38,508 bases of DNA from Reclinomonas americana ATCC 50394 (lineage: Eukaryota), in the NCBI GenBank assembly GCA_048213135.1, contig PS015105.1, positions 113,076 through 151,583 of the forward strand, in the 5' to 3' direction. Position 1 is the first letter of the stretch, and every line of letters starts with the position of its first letter. Positions 23,205 to 35,089 of the stretch are shown here, piece after piece. The notes below the pieces were generated by a model, which was given only the letters and a program-made list of their open reading frames with translations, was not told the origin of the DNA and did no database searches. The position numbers and the translations under genes are program-made.

Positions 23205-25177
23205 ATGCACAAGCCGGGAGGCAGTGCCGCCTCGCCGGTGCGACCAGGTAACGTGTTTATGAGTTGGTGCTGTATCTGTCTATCTTTGCCTCTCCCTGTC
23301 TCTGTCTGTGTGTGTCTCTGTCGTCGTTTATTGCATGCTGGGCGTGAGGAAATGTGCTGCATCTTGTGGTTGCCTTCTGAGTTGGTGTCTTTTCGCAAAC
23401 TTGTTTGCCGCGACGGTGTAACTTCTCGCACTCTGGTTGCCGGTGACACTGGGCGTGGATGCCACTCATGTGCTCATTGTGTGCCTCTGCGGTGTGTTTC
23501 ACGCAGGCAATGTCGGCTCGCGGAGTGATACTTCCGCTTCGGGCCAGGTTTGTCTTGTTGATTATCCTGGTTGCCAAGTGTGCTTGTTTCCGGTCTCATC
23601 GATGCACATGCACGCGCAGGCAAGAGCGCCACAGTCGCGTTTGTTTTCGACCTACGGCCTGGACCAGACGTCCTCTGCCTCCGCCTCGCCACCACCAGCT
23701 GGTGAAGGTGTGTTTATTTGTACAAAGTTGTGCAAGTGCGGGAGACATTGCTCCTCTGCGACCTCACTCTTCCTTTTGTCACCGCAGTACGACGCCGCCC
23801 TGCCCCAGTACCCACGCAGTTGCGTCTGCAGTTTCCTTGTATGTGTGTGTGTGCGTCTTTGTTTTCTCCTCGCTCATTTTTGCAACGGTCACACCCGCAG
23901 TCTTGGTGAGCTGCGCAGCGGCCGCGCAAAACGGCCACTTGGTGTTTGCGTCCGCCCCTCATCGCCTCTCTCTTTTCTTCTTATGCAACAGGTCACGTGT
24001 CGTATGCAGCCGCCGGTGCCGGCCGCAGCGACTCCACTCACGGTATGTTCGCCTCGTTCGCATTTGTGTTTGCACCTTGTGTACTTTTTCTTAACCAATC
24101 GCCACCGGAGCAGCCTCTTCGCCGCCATCGCCGCATGGCGCCTCGGCCGCCGCTCTCGGCCTCGACTCCACGGTGGCATTGACCCCGTCACCCGCCAATA
24201 ACAAGATCACCGCCGCAGTTGCGTTTGCGGCGAATATCGAGTGCCTGCACACGGGTGCATGCGTCCTTTCACATGCCCTCACTCACTTGCTACTACTTGC
24301 CATGTGTCGCAGTTTCGCAGTGCGTATTTATCGGCATGCGGGCGCCAGCGGTTGGATCCCTCGCCCGAGTTGATGAAGGGCATTCGCAACGCGATGAAGA
24401 CGCACGTGCCGCTGGTGCGCCTGTCGATTTGCCACTCGTCGCTGTCGGATGAGCACATTTTTGCGCTGGTCTCGGCGCTGCGCACGGACTCGTGCATCAA
24501 CGAGGTGCTGCTCAACCATGACAGCATTTCGGACCAGGTGCGTGTGTGTGTGTGCGTGTGTGATTCGTATGACTTGTGCAGTGATTTTCGCGTGACTGAC
24601 CTTTGCGTGCAGGGCGCGTCCATGATTGCCGAGATGCTATCGCATCGACCGAGCATTCAGAGCGTGGAGCTCTTTGGCAACTGTCTGAGTTGCGCTTCAC
24701 AACTCCACAGCCACGTATGTTTTCGTTTTGAGCACCATCCTCACACACATTGTCGTGTGCCGCAGCCGATGTGTGTTGCCGCGATTTTGCCGACATGTTG
24801 GCGACGAATCGCACTCTGAGACGCCTGAAGCTGGGCGACAATTCAATCGGGCCCAATGGTGCCGCGCTGCTGAGCGACGGCCTCTCGCAGAACCGCACGC
24901 TGACACAGCTGCATCTCGGTGGCAACAAGATCCGTGTCGAGGGTCTTGATCACATTGGTGTGTGTTTTCACGCACTTGCTTGTTTTTTGGATGTCGTGGT
25001 CTCATTTCCATGGCATCGCAGCCACCGCTTTGCGCGGCAACAATGTGCTCACGTCGCTCGGTCTGCGCGACAATGATGTGGGGCCGGAGGGCATGCGCAG
25101 CCTGGCTGAGACGCTGAAAGATCGCGGGTGTGCGCTCTCCGATATTCAACTAAAGGGCAACAACATTGCCGCCGATG
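23205..25177 (+). CDS. RNI-like leucine-rich repeat protein (NLRC3/LRRC-type repeats), N-terminal part
   Basis: 28-residue repeats such as LATNRTLRRLKLGDNSIGPNGAALLSDGL, NRTLTQLHLGGNKI and NNVLTSLGLRDNDVGPEG. The low-complexity 5' exons splice in frame from ATG 23205, but the start is less certain. Confidence 0.85.
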
Positions 25178-25392
25178 GTGAGCGTGGTCGTGTGCAGGTG
25201 TCGCTTTCATTCTGCTCTTCTTTCTCTCTCCAGTCACCTCTTCCCCCTTCGCTCCTTCTCCCTTGTCCCTCTTGTCCCTCCCCCTCTCCCTTCTCCCTTC
25301 TCCCTTCTCCCTTCCTCCTTCCCCCCTTCCCCATTCCTCCTTCCTCCTTCCCCCTTCCCCCTTCCCCATTCCTCCTTCCTCCTTCCCCCTTC

Positions 25393-26346
25393 NNNNNNNN
25401 NNNNNNNNNNNNNNNNNNNNNNNNNNNNNNNNNNNNNNNNNNNNNNNNNNNNNNNNNNNNNNNNNNNNNNNNNNNNNNNNNNNNNNNNNNNNNNNNNNNN
25501 NNNNNNNNNNNNNNNNNNNNNNNNNNNNNNNNNNNNNNNNNNNNNNNNNNNNNNNNNNNNNNNNNNNNNNNNNNNNNNNNNNNNNNNNNNNNNNNNNNNN
25601 NNNNNNNNNNNNNNNNNNNNNNNNNNNNNNNNNNNNNNNNNNNNNNNNNNNNNNNNNNNNNNNNNNNNNNNNNNNNNNNNNNNNNNNNNNNNNNNNNNNN
25701 NNNNNNNNNNNNNNNNNNNNNNNNNNNNNNNNNNNNNNNNNNNNNNNNNNNNNNNNNNNNNNNNNNNNNNNNNNNNNNNNNNNNNNNNNNNNNNNNNNNN
25801 NNNNNNNNNNNNNNNNNNNNNNNNNNNNNNNNNNNNNNNNNNNNNNNNNNNNNNNNNNNNNNNNNNNNNNNNNNNNNNNNNNNNNNNNNNNNNNNNNNNN
25901 NNNNNNNNNNNNNNNNNNNNNNNNNNNNNNNNNNNNNNNNNNNNNNNNNNNNNNNNNNNNNNNNNNNNNNNNNNNNNNNNNNNNNNNNNNNNNNNNNNNN
26001 NNNNNNNNNNNNNNNNNNNNNNNNNNNNNNNNNNNNNNNNNNNNNNNNNNNNNNNNNNNNNNNNNNNNNNNNNNNNNNNNNNNNNNNNNNNNNNNNNNNN
26101 NNNNNNNNNNNNNNNNNNNNNNNNNNNNNNNNNNNNNNNNNNNNNNNNNNNNNNNNNNNNNNNNNNNNNNNNNNNNNNNNNNNNNNNNNNNNNNNNNNNN
26201 NNNNNNNNNNNNNNNNNNNNNNNNNNNNNNNNNNNNNNNNNNNNNNNNNNNNNNNNNNNNNNNNNNNNNNNNNNNNNNNNNNNNNNNNNNNNNNNNNNNN
26301 NNNNNNNNNNNNNNNNNNNNNNNNNNNNNNNNNNNNNNNNNNNNNN
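25393..26346. other. Assembly gap (N run) preceded by a CT-rich homopyrimidine tract
   Basis: N bases; 25230-25392 is almost purely C/T. Confidence 0.99.
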
Positions 26347-26402
26347 TTTTACTTCACCCCACGTGTCAGCTTTCATTACTCCTGTTGACCATCTCCACGC
26401 AG

Positions 26403-28561
26403 CATGCCACTCTTCGACCCGAACGCCACGTTTGCCAGCTCCACTGCCACCTCGCCGAGTGCGACACCACGTGGCAGTCAGAGCAGCACACCCGCCATTC
26501 CCGAGTGCGACTACACCGACAGTGGCAACTCGGCCGTCAACGCCGATGGCTATCCCACCTCTGGCAGCTCGTCCGGCCGCTTCTCGCCCGTCGACCCCTA
26601 CCTTGGTGGCCTGGGCACAGCCAGTGGCGGCATCGGTGCCATGGGAACGGCGCTCGCGGACGACGGACTGCGTGGATCGTCGTCGGCGTTTGGCGGCAGT
26701 GGCCTGCTGCCGGGCAACAGCAATGGCTCGTACGGCAACATGGCGACGGGCAACGGCAGCGGCGGCATTGTGGCAGGATTCCCGGGTTCGTCGGGTATCG
26801 GTGGCCTCAACGGCCGCTTCCCCGACTGGTTCCAGTCTCCGGAGGCCTCGTTGGAGACGGTCGACGTGGTGATGCTGGATGCCACCCTGACGCACCTGTT
26901 TTCGAATCAAATGCTGCGTGCGGAGAACCCCAAGTTCCCCGGCTCGTTCTTCATAGGCAATGTGATGAACACGCTGCGAAAACATCTGCCGCTGCTCGAC
27001 ATTAGTTTGCAGCAAGTTGCGTTTTGCACAGAAGAAGATGAGCTCTTGCTGTCTTATACTGACGCTCGCCCTTCCTCTTCTCCAGCTGGCGCGCTTTGCG
27101 TACGAGAGCCCCAAGTACCACGTGCATCTGTCGGCCGAACTGGTCAAGACACAAATCAAGTACGTGGGCAAGCAGCATCGCGGTGCCTTTGCGCCGCACA
27201 TGTCCATGCCTCCGGGCGGCATGCCGTCTGCGGGAGCTGGTACCATTGGCCAGCAACAACAACAACAGCAGCAGCAGCAGCAACAAATGCCAGGTGGTGC
27301 CGGCCGTGCTGGTGCTGGTGGCATGATGCGTGCGCCCGGCGGATTTGCTGCTGCTCCCGGCAGCAGCAACGGCTCCGGACGCGGTCTGCAGCCGCCCTCT
27401 GCGGTCGAGGAGTTCCGGCCTCGGCAAGTGACTGGCGCACCGGTGTGTTTGTGTTCTTTGTCATTCGCTTGTGCATCCGTGCCTGACGAGTGTCGTGGCA
27501 GTCGTATGCGCAGTACGCGAGTGGAATGATGCCGTACGCCACGTCTGCCTATCAGATGCAGCAGCAGCAGCAACCTGCTGCACATGCGCATGGGCATCAC
27601 TATGCGCCCAACGGTCGCATGGATGCACCGTATTATGGTGGCCCGAGTGCCGGCAGCATGCGTTACGGGCCACCGATGCAGCAGCAGCACCAAGGACGTG
27701 GTGCGCCGCGTGCCGCCGCCGACTACATTCCACAGCAGTTCCAACACGACTTGCCACCCGGCTACGGAATGATGGGTGGCAATGGCGGTGGTGGTGGCGC
27801 GTCGGCCGCACCGTACTATGCACCGGCGTCGCATGATGGTGCGAAGTACTGTGTAGTGCTTCCTTCTCTATTTCGCTGTCTGCTCACCGTGTTGGTTGCA
27901 GCGTCGTCGTATGGGACACATGCGTATGGTCGTCATGGAAGTGGTGAGTACCAGGTGCCCAGCGGCACCTGGTCGAACGGACCCTCAGCGCTTCCATTCT
28001 CGGTGCCGCAACCGCAGTCGTCCGCATTTGCGCCGTCACCGGTTCGTTTTCCCGGCTCTGGTCTCACTTTCGTTCTCTCCTTGGTGGTCGATTTGTTGAC
28101 CACCGGTTTCCGTTGTGCACAGTCGTCGGACGCACTGTCGCCGTGGGGCACGCCAGCACCACTGCAGGAGTACGCCAGTTGGACAGGCGGCAGCGGCCCA
28201 AGCGGGCGTGAGTCCTCAGGTGAAAACCCTCATCTGCTGCTCTCGGCCCGCTCGGTTGGCGCAGCGGTCGCGGGTGGATCGTCGGCGGCGTCGTCGGCAG
28301 TCTCCTCCGCCACCTCCACACCCTTCAGCTCCTTTGGCTCCACTCTCTATTCGTTCCCGCCAGGTTTGCGTTTCCCTCCCCGTTTCCGATTTTCATGGAT
28401 CGCCAACTGACTTGTATTCTCCCGCAGTTTCCGAGAGCGGCGGCAATGGAGGCGGCAGCACCAATGGACACGGTGCGAGTGGATCGGCAACAACAGCCGC
28501 CGCCAGCAGCGGCGCTCCTCCCGATCTCATGGACATGCTCCGCTTCATTGATCATCAGTGA
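26403..28561 (+). CDS. Coding exons after the gap, probably the C-terminal part of the LRR gene: G/S-rich linker, small globular domain, Q/G/P/Y-rich tail
   Basis: Long open exons with canonical introns, ending PPDLMDMLRFIDHQ* at 28561. Same strand as the LRR gene, but the linkage across the gap is inferred. Confidence 0.7.
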
Positions 28562-29158
28562 CCGGTCGCGATCCCGGACCACGTCCATCTGTTATCTCTT
28601 ATCTCAATCTTATTCGTTGGCTGCCAACTGGCCAGCCATACTCTTCAAATCAAATCCTCCACCTCCCACTGTGAAATGAAGCACTGCTGGTGTGTTTACG
28701 AGGTCGCCGGGTTTCGTCGGTTGACAGGTTTTCGTTCATCACATTTTGTGTGTGGTTCGTGCACGAGCTTGACCAGCCAACTCCCGTTTCCACACTCCCC
28801 AACCGACAACTCTTCCTGTCGCTCTCTACTCTCTCATTGCACACTCTGCGTGTGTGTGTGTGTCTCTGTCATGAGTGTTCGCTTTGCTCTCGTGACATCA
28901 TGTTAAAATGTTCTTTGAGGAACCACACATGCTCTTGCTTTGCTCTGCTCTGCTCTGCTCTTAATCGCTCTCTTGCGTCACGTGTGGATGGCGTGAGTGG
29001 CGTGCGCGTGTGTGTGTACATTTCGCGCTCTTTCAAACCCCGTGACATGGCCACTCTCTCTCGTGTTCCTCATGAAGACCACTCACTCTCTACGATGTGT
29101 GTGTGTGTGCGCGCGCAGTGTGTGTGTGTGACTTTGGTTATTCTTCTTCTTCATCACA

Positions 29159-30451
29159 ATGAGGCTTCGAGCGGGAATGCATGGTGCCCAGGTAAGCCTT
29201 GCGCGCGCTCTCTCTCTCTTCCCTCTCTCTCTCTTCAGTGAATGAAACTGGTGTGTGTCTGTGCGTGTGTGACAGGGCTGGCGACCGACCATGGAAGACG
29301 AGGAGATTTGCGAGTTGGAGCTCAACAGGGCCTTCAACCTGTCGGGCTTTCCGGAGCCACACGCCTTTTTCGCCGTTCTCGATGGTCACTGTGGCAACAT
29401 GGTGCGTGTGTCATGTCTCCACGTGTGTGTGTCTGTGTGTCCACTTCACCGTCTGACAAGATGACGACAGACCTCGAGGTACGCCCGCGATCACCTGGCG
29501 AAGAATGTGGCCAGCCACCCGTTCTTTGGCAGTTGTGTGCTCTTGCTGCTGCTCCTGATAATGATGATCTCGGTGGTGATGCTCACCCCACTTTCCGTGT
29601 GACGCACAGTCGACGCCCGACAGGCGTTCATCAGCGGGTTCCAGAAGACCGACGAGGAGCTGCGTGCAGTGGAGGAGACCGAGTCGGGTTCCACCTGCTG
29701 CAGCGTGCTCATTCGGTGCGGTGATCGCGCAGCTGGTCGTTTTCGATTCTCGTCCGCGCTCACGTCTGCTTTTGTGCGGCAGTGGCGATGAGGTGTTTTG
29801 CGCCAACTTGGGCGACAGCCGTGCCGTGCTGTGCGAGGATGGCTCGGCTGTGGCGCTGAGCGTCGATCACAAGCCGGACGAGTTGCGTCGTATATCTCCA
29901 CGCTCCGTTGGCGTCCACAGCTGGCTCATATTCTTGTGTGTGTGCGGCAGTTCGTCGGAGAAGAGGCGCATTGAGGACCTCGGCGGTTTCGTGGAGATGG
30001 GCCGTGTGAACGGCATCCTCGCCGTGAGGTGTGCCACCCCGCCATGTGTACACAATTGTATGGTGTGTCATGGATTCACTCACTGTGTTGCTGGCTAGCC
30101 GTGCGTTTGGCGACTTTGAGTACAAGCAGAATGGCAAGATGATGGTCGAGTGCACACCCGAGGTGGAGAGCCGCACCCTCGGCCCGTACTCCGAGTTCAT
30201 CATCATTGCCTGCGACGGGTGTGTAGCAGTACTTTGTCTGTGTACTGTCTGTAGCTCGGCACTCAAACAATTCGCTGGACAGATTGTGGGACGTGATGTC
30301 GAACAGCGAGGCTGTCGGACGCGTCAGCGACAAGCTGAAGGAGGGACTGGAGCTGAACGACATTGCCGAGTGGCTGTGCAAGGAGGCCATCAAGATGGGA
30401 AGCACCGACAATGTGTCAGCCATCATTATTGTGCTCGACCACAGCGCCTGA
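29159..30451 (+). CDS. PPM/PP2C-family protein phosphatase, 7 introns
   Basis: [63 protein letters not shown] and [11 protein letters not shown]. Confidence 0.96.
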
Positions 30452-30716
30452 GCTGTTGATGATCGGCTCGGCTGTTGTTTGTCTCTTCCGCTCTGGCTTC
30501 TCTTTCGTTATCCCCCCACGCACACACACTAATCACACACATACACACCCACCCACATGTCGCTTTCCCACGGCTTCTTTCTGTTCTCCTCCTACTCGTC
30601 CGCCGCCAGCAAGCACAGTTATCATGGTGGTTGGAGGGGAGGGAGAAATGAACTGTTGCGACTTGCAGCATGGGTGTTTGTATTTTTTACTGTTCTCTTG
30701 AGAAGCGTGCGAGATG

Positions 30717-33453
30717 TTACAACATGGAGCCGCTGCCACCAGTGTACCCGTAGGGTGGTGGAGGCTGACCGTAGGGCGGGGGAGGCTGGCCGTATGGTGG
30801 TGGTGCTGGCTTTGGCGGCGGCTGGCCCGCCACTTGGCCGTACGCCGGCGGCGGTGGTGGTGGTCCCGAGCTGACCAGCCTGTCGTAGGCCGGCGGCGGT
30901 GCCAGCAGCGCGCCCCCACCCACTGCCTGTCCGTACTGAGGAGGCGGTGAGTAGGCAGGTGGTGGACGCGAGACAGGCGCCCGATAGTCGCTGCGCGAAT
31001 CACAAAGTCAGTGGAGCAAAGAAAACAACAGAAGACTATAGAAGCGCACGATTGAACAGAGGCCTCCACCGGGTCCATGCGGCGGTAATCCGACGTGACG
31101 ACCTCGGTGGTGACGGTCTTGCGTCGCCGTCGGCAACAGCAGCAGTAGATGATAATGGCGAGGATGATTGCGCCGCCCACACTGACCGTGACGGCAATGA
31201 TAATGGTGTTGCGATTGCTGCCGCTCTTTGCATCGACCGTGGCTGCGCAGGCGGGCAGACGGGAATGAGCAGGTGATGATAACACACGAGGGGCAAAATT
31301 CCACCGACGACAAACCCGAGTAGAATGGATTGCTGCCGGAGGCCGCGGCAAACGACACCGAGTATGCCCACGCTGGACACTGGAAGCTGTTGACGGGCCC
31401 GAACTGTTCACCTTCGGTGCACGTGCCCGGGGTGCCGCCGACGGCCGAACACCAACCGCACCCAGCGTTCTGCACACACGACGACTGGGTCGTGAACTGT
31501 GTGCAACCTGCACGAAGAGGGGAAGACATTATAGAATTGTAGATGATTCTATTGTGTGTGCGGTACGTACCGAGCGTGCAGTTGGGGTTGCTCTTGGTGG
31601 CAAAGCCGACGCGCTGATTGCCCATGTCAAAAATGGTAAAATACTGGAGCATCAGTGGTTGACCAATCACGGCACCCTGCGAGGTGCTGGAGAGGAGAAT
31701 CTGGCAGGTCGACTGTGTGGCTGACACACTGCACACAGCAAGCAAGCATGGTTAGAGAGCAGCACCGCGTTGTCCGTGGCTTTCACGACACATTAACAAC
31801 GCAACGCTGCGCAAATGTAATAGGCCGAGGGTGGAATCTGCAGCACCACATCGACGAGATTGGCTCCGCCGACGGTGATTTGCAGTGTCGGTAAAAACGG
31901 GAGCGTCGACGGCTTGGTGCAATCGGTGTCGCCGTGTGCGCGGCAAATCGGACTAATGACATTCATCGCCGCAAAGTAGTCGTTGGTGGGGACCTCCAAG
32001 TCTGCCAAGGAGGTGGAATAAGAGCCAAAGGTCGATGAGGAGTGAGTGCGTGTAACAGAAAAAAGGTGCACTCACCAGTGGTGCCACTGTCGACAATGGT
32101 GCCCGAGAAGCTGCCGTTCCAGTCGGCCGGATTCGACACGATCGGCGTGTTGCCGACAGACCACGACTTGAAGAAGACTGCAATGCGTGCGCTGGGTGAG
32201 AACGGCGGAGAAGAGCAACAAGAAACGCACAATGAAAACGAAACTGGTGTAGTACCCGGTTGCCGATCGCGTTCCCAACACATTGACCAGTGGGGCCCAC
32301 AGCAGCGAGCCCTCGACATACTGGCTCGTATCCGGCGTGCCGAGTGTCATGTAGCCAGTGACTACGTTGTAGCACAGAGAGAACATGGGGGCCAGCTGCG
32401 CACAAGGAGAACATTGGTCAGCATCACAACAAAAACAAAAAGGTGACGCGACACGAAACATTCTGCTGCTGCAAGAAGCTCGACAGTGCCGACTGAGTCT
32501 GTGTGTTGGTACCGACGCCGGTGAGCGAGTCGAATGCAAGTCCCATGATGCCTGTGTGTGTAAGGATGCTGGTCACAGCCAAGAGTGAGAGACGCTGGCT
32601 CGTAAAATTGACGAACCAGACACCTCGGGTGCCGTGAACGGCTGCCCGTTGCCACCCGACTCCTGCGTGATGACGGTGAACACGGCCCAGGCGGACGGAC
32701 CGCCGAAACTAATCGAGTCGGTGTACATGTATCCGACGAGGCCGCCGGTTCCGTAGTAAATTGTCTGCACGGCGATGAGTGACATCGGAAGAGTGGGCCA
32801 CCAGAACACACGTACCGTGCCGCAATACGACGAGTTGCTCTGCGCCGCCGTCTGACACTGGAACGGCGACGAAGCATTCGCCGAAATGTACTTGCCCGTG
32901 GTGCTGTTGGCCGGATTGAACAGGCGCACGTAGTGACCCACCGACTGCACTCCCAGGCCTGAGATGGCCAGATTGCTGGATCCCGTGTCGAGAATAACCA
33001 GGAACGTCTGCGGCGGTGTGCCTGACACATACGAATGCACAGGCGCAGTATCAGCGTCGCTCAATCGCACCACTCGAGCAATCCAATCAAAAACGACGCA
33101 CCAACAGACAGCATGCCCACGTACTCGCCCGCCGTGAAGAAGGTGTTGGTGGGCGGAATGGAGGTCGCATGCACCGCATCGTGAGAGCGCGGTCGACGCG
33201 GGAACATGCTGCGGTTGACTTGCATGCGCTGCACTTGCATGTGATGGCGCACAGCTGGAGCGGCAAAATCAGACGACATGAGTCGTCGTTGCGTCGACGA
33301 CGATGAAGGTGATGACGGCGATGAAGAAGAGTGCATTGCAGTCTCTGGTGCACTCGAGTCACGGTCGACTCGCGACGCGAGAAGCACCACCAACAGCACC
33401 GCCGACATTGTCATCAGCGCAATCGCCCATGCTCGCCATGACAGCCGCTGCAT
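30717..33453 (-). CDS. Membrane-anchored pepsin-family (A1, BACE-like) aspartic protease with PSI domain, TM helix and PPxY-rich tail; about 11 introns
   Basis: Catalytic motifs LDTGSSNL and IVDSGTT; flap YGTG; IMGLAF; VIGQPLM..FDMGNQRVGFA. PSI-type CTQFTTQSSCVQNAGCGWC..C..CP. TM segment IIIAVTVSVGGAIILAIIIY followed by CCCCRRRR. Confidence 0.92.
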
Positions 33454-33747
33454 GATGCGTCTGCTTTCTTTCACTGGTCACACACACGTACACGCACGCA
33501 TCCGTGTAAGAGAGGGAAAACAGTTCACTGACTGCGAGTCATGCGAGGAAAAAAGCAGAGTGTGAGAGAGAGTGCGAGACATGCTCACCAACAGCCCTCT
33601 CCGCGACAGCTCCGTTGTGTGCTTGCGTGCGCGTCGTTTGGTGCAGACAGACAGACAGACAGGCAGGCAGACACCTCGTGTTCGTGTGCAATGCGAGCGA
33701 GTCGGAGAAAAACGAAACCCGCGCGCGCGCACGGACGGACAACGATG

Positions 33748-35035
33748 TCACCAGAGGACGGGGATCACGCGGTCACGCGTGGCCAGCATCTGCTCAATGT
33801 GTCGCGCCTGCAGCTCCTGCTGCACCGCCAGTTCGATAGCTGGTCCGTCAATCGCGGCCGGCACTGCTGCTGGCTGCGCCGATCGATTGCGAAGGTCTGC
33901 ATATGTCACGAAGTTCCGAGGTCAGTTCGCTGTCGAGCGGTGAGGCGAGGAAGCAACAGCAGCAGCATATACAGCAACTGGAGTGCGGTGCCGTCGGTGG
34001 TGCCTCAAAGGGCGGCAGTCGAGGTCGGGTCTCGGGAGGCGCTGCGTGCCAGGCGGCGGCTCGTGCTGCGTACCACTTGCGAGTGTCGTCGGCACTCTGG
34101 CACAGGTTGATGATGACAAAGGTCAGCATGGCCCTGCACGCAAGCCGCACACGAGTGAGTGCCCCGTGCGTGGCATCGTCTCTCCAGGCGCACTCAACAT
34201 GACAGCGTACGAACGCAAGCCGGTGGCGGCAAAGAACGCGGCGTACAGGATGATCTCCGCAAAGTAGTGTGGGCACCACAGGTAGCGAAACAGCGGTCCG
34301 TGCGGCACACGATAGGCCTCCAGCTCCGGACTACCAGCTGCGCCCGGGCCAGAGGGTCGCAGAGCGGCGAGTTCGCGGTGCACCATGTGCTGGATCGCGG
34401 TGCCAAAGACATACAGATACAGAACGACCATGAAGAGCGACCAGTGCTGGTGCGCGGCGCGATAGTCGGCCAGCACCACTGTGGGAACCGCCATTACGTA
34501 GAAGCTCAGACCTGCATACGTGTGTGTGAGCAGACGTCAGCGCGGCCAGGCATGGAGGCTCAGTGCGACACGCGCACCAAAGACAAAGTTGAGCAGCGTC
34601 ATGCGACGTGGCGAGAACTTGTGCACAAACAGGCATTCGTACACGCGGCGCAGCAGATGCACCGCATACAGGGCGATCATCACCTGCCTCGTGCTGCTGC
34701 CTGCGATGAGATGATCAGCAACTGCATGCACTCTATCTCTCTCTCTCCGTGAATGCAACGCAACAAGCGCCTTCCCCACACCAAGCGATGGCCAGCAGCA
34801 CTGCCCAGGCGGCACCAAACACATAAAACAGTGTGAATGCAGTGCCGTGCGGCAGTGTCGTGCTCTTGGTGGCGGAGACAACTGGTGCAGAGGCGCGTGA
34901 TGACTCCGCCGGTGGCACTGTCAGCTTGCCGTAGAGCGTCAGTCGATGGAACCAATGCCACCGTGTGCGCACGAGTGCCAGCACACAGGCCAGCGACCAG
35001 TAGATGGAGCACAGTGTGCTCAGCGACAGAATCAT
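33748..35035 (-). CDS. SRD5A3: Polyprenol reductase (SRD5A3/DFG10 family, steroid 5-alpha-reductase fold), 4 introns
   Basis: YGKL, FTLFY, HLLRRVYEC, QHMVHRELAALR, YRVPHGPLFRYLWCPHYFAEIILY, NLCQSADDTRKWY and terminal RDRVIPVLW*. Confidence 0.88.
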
Positions 35036-35089
35036 TGAGTGAATAGTGCTTCGTCCTGCGTCACAGATCTACAAGTGTTCTTTACAAGA

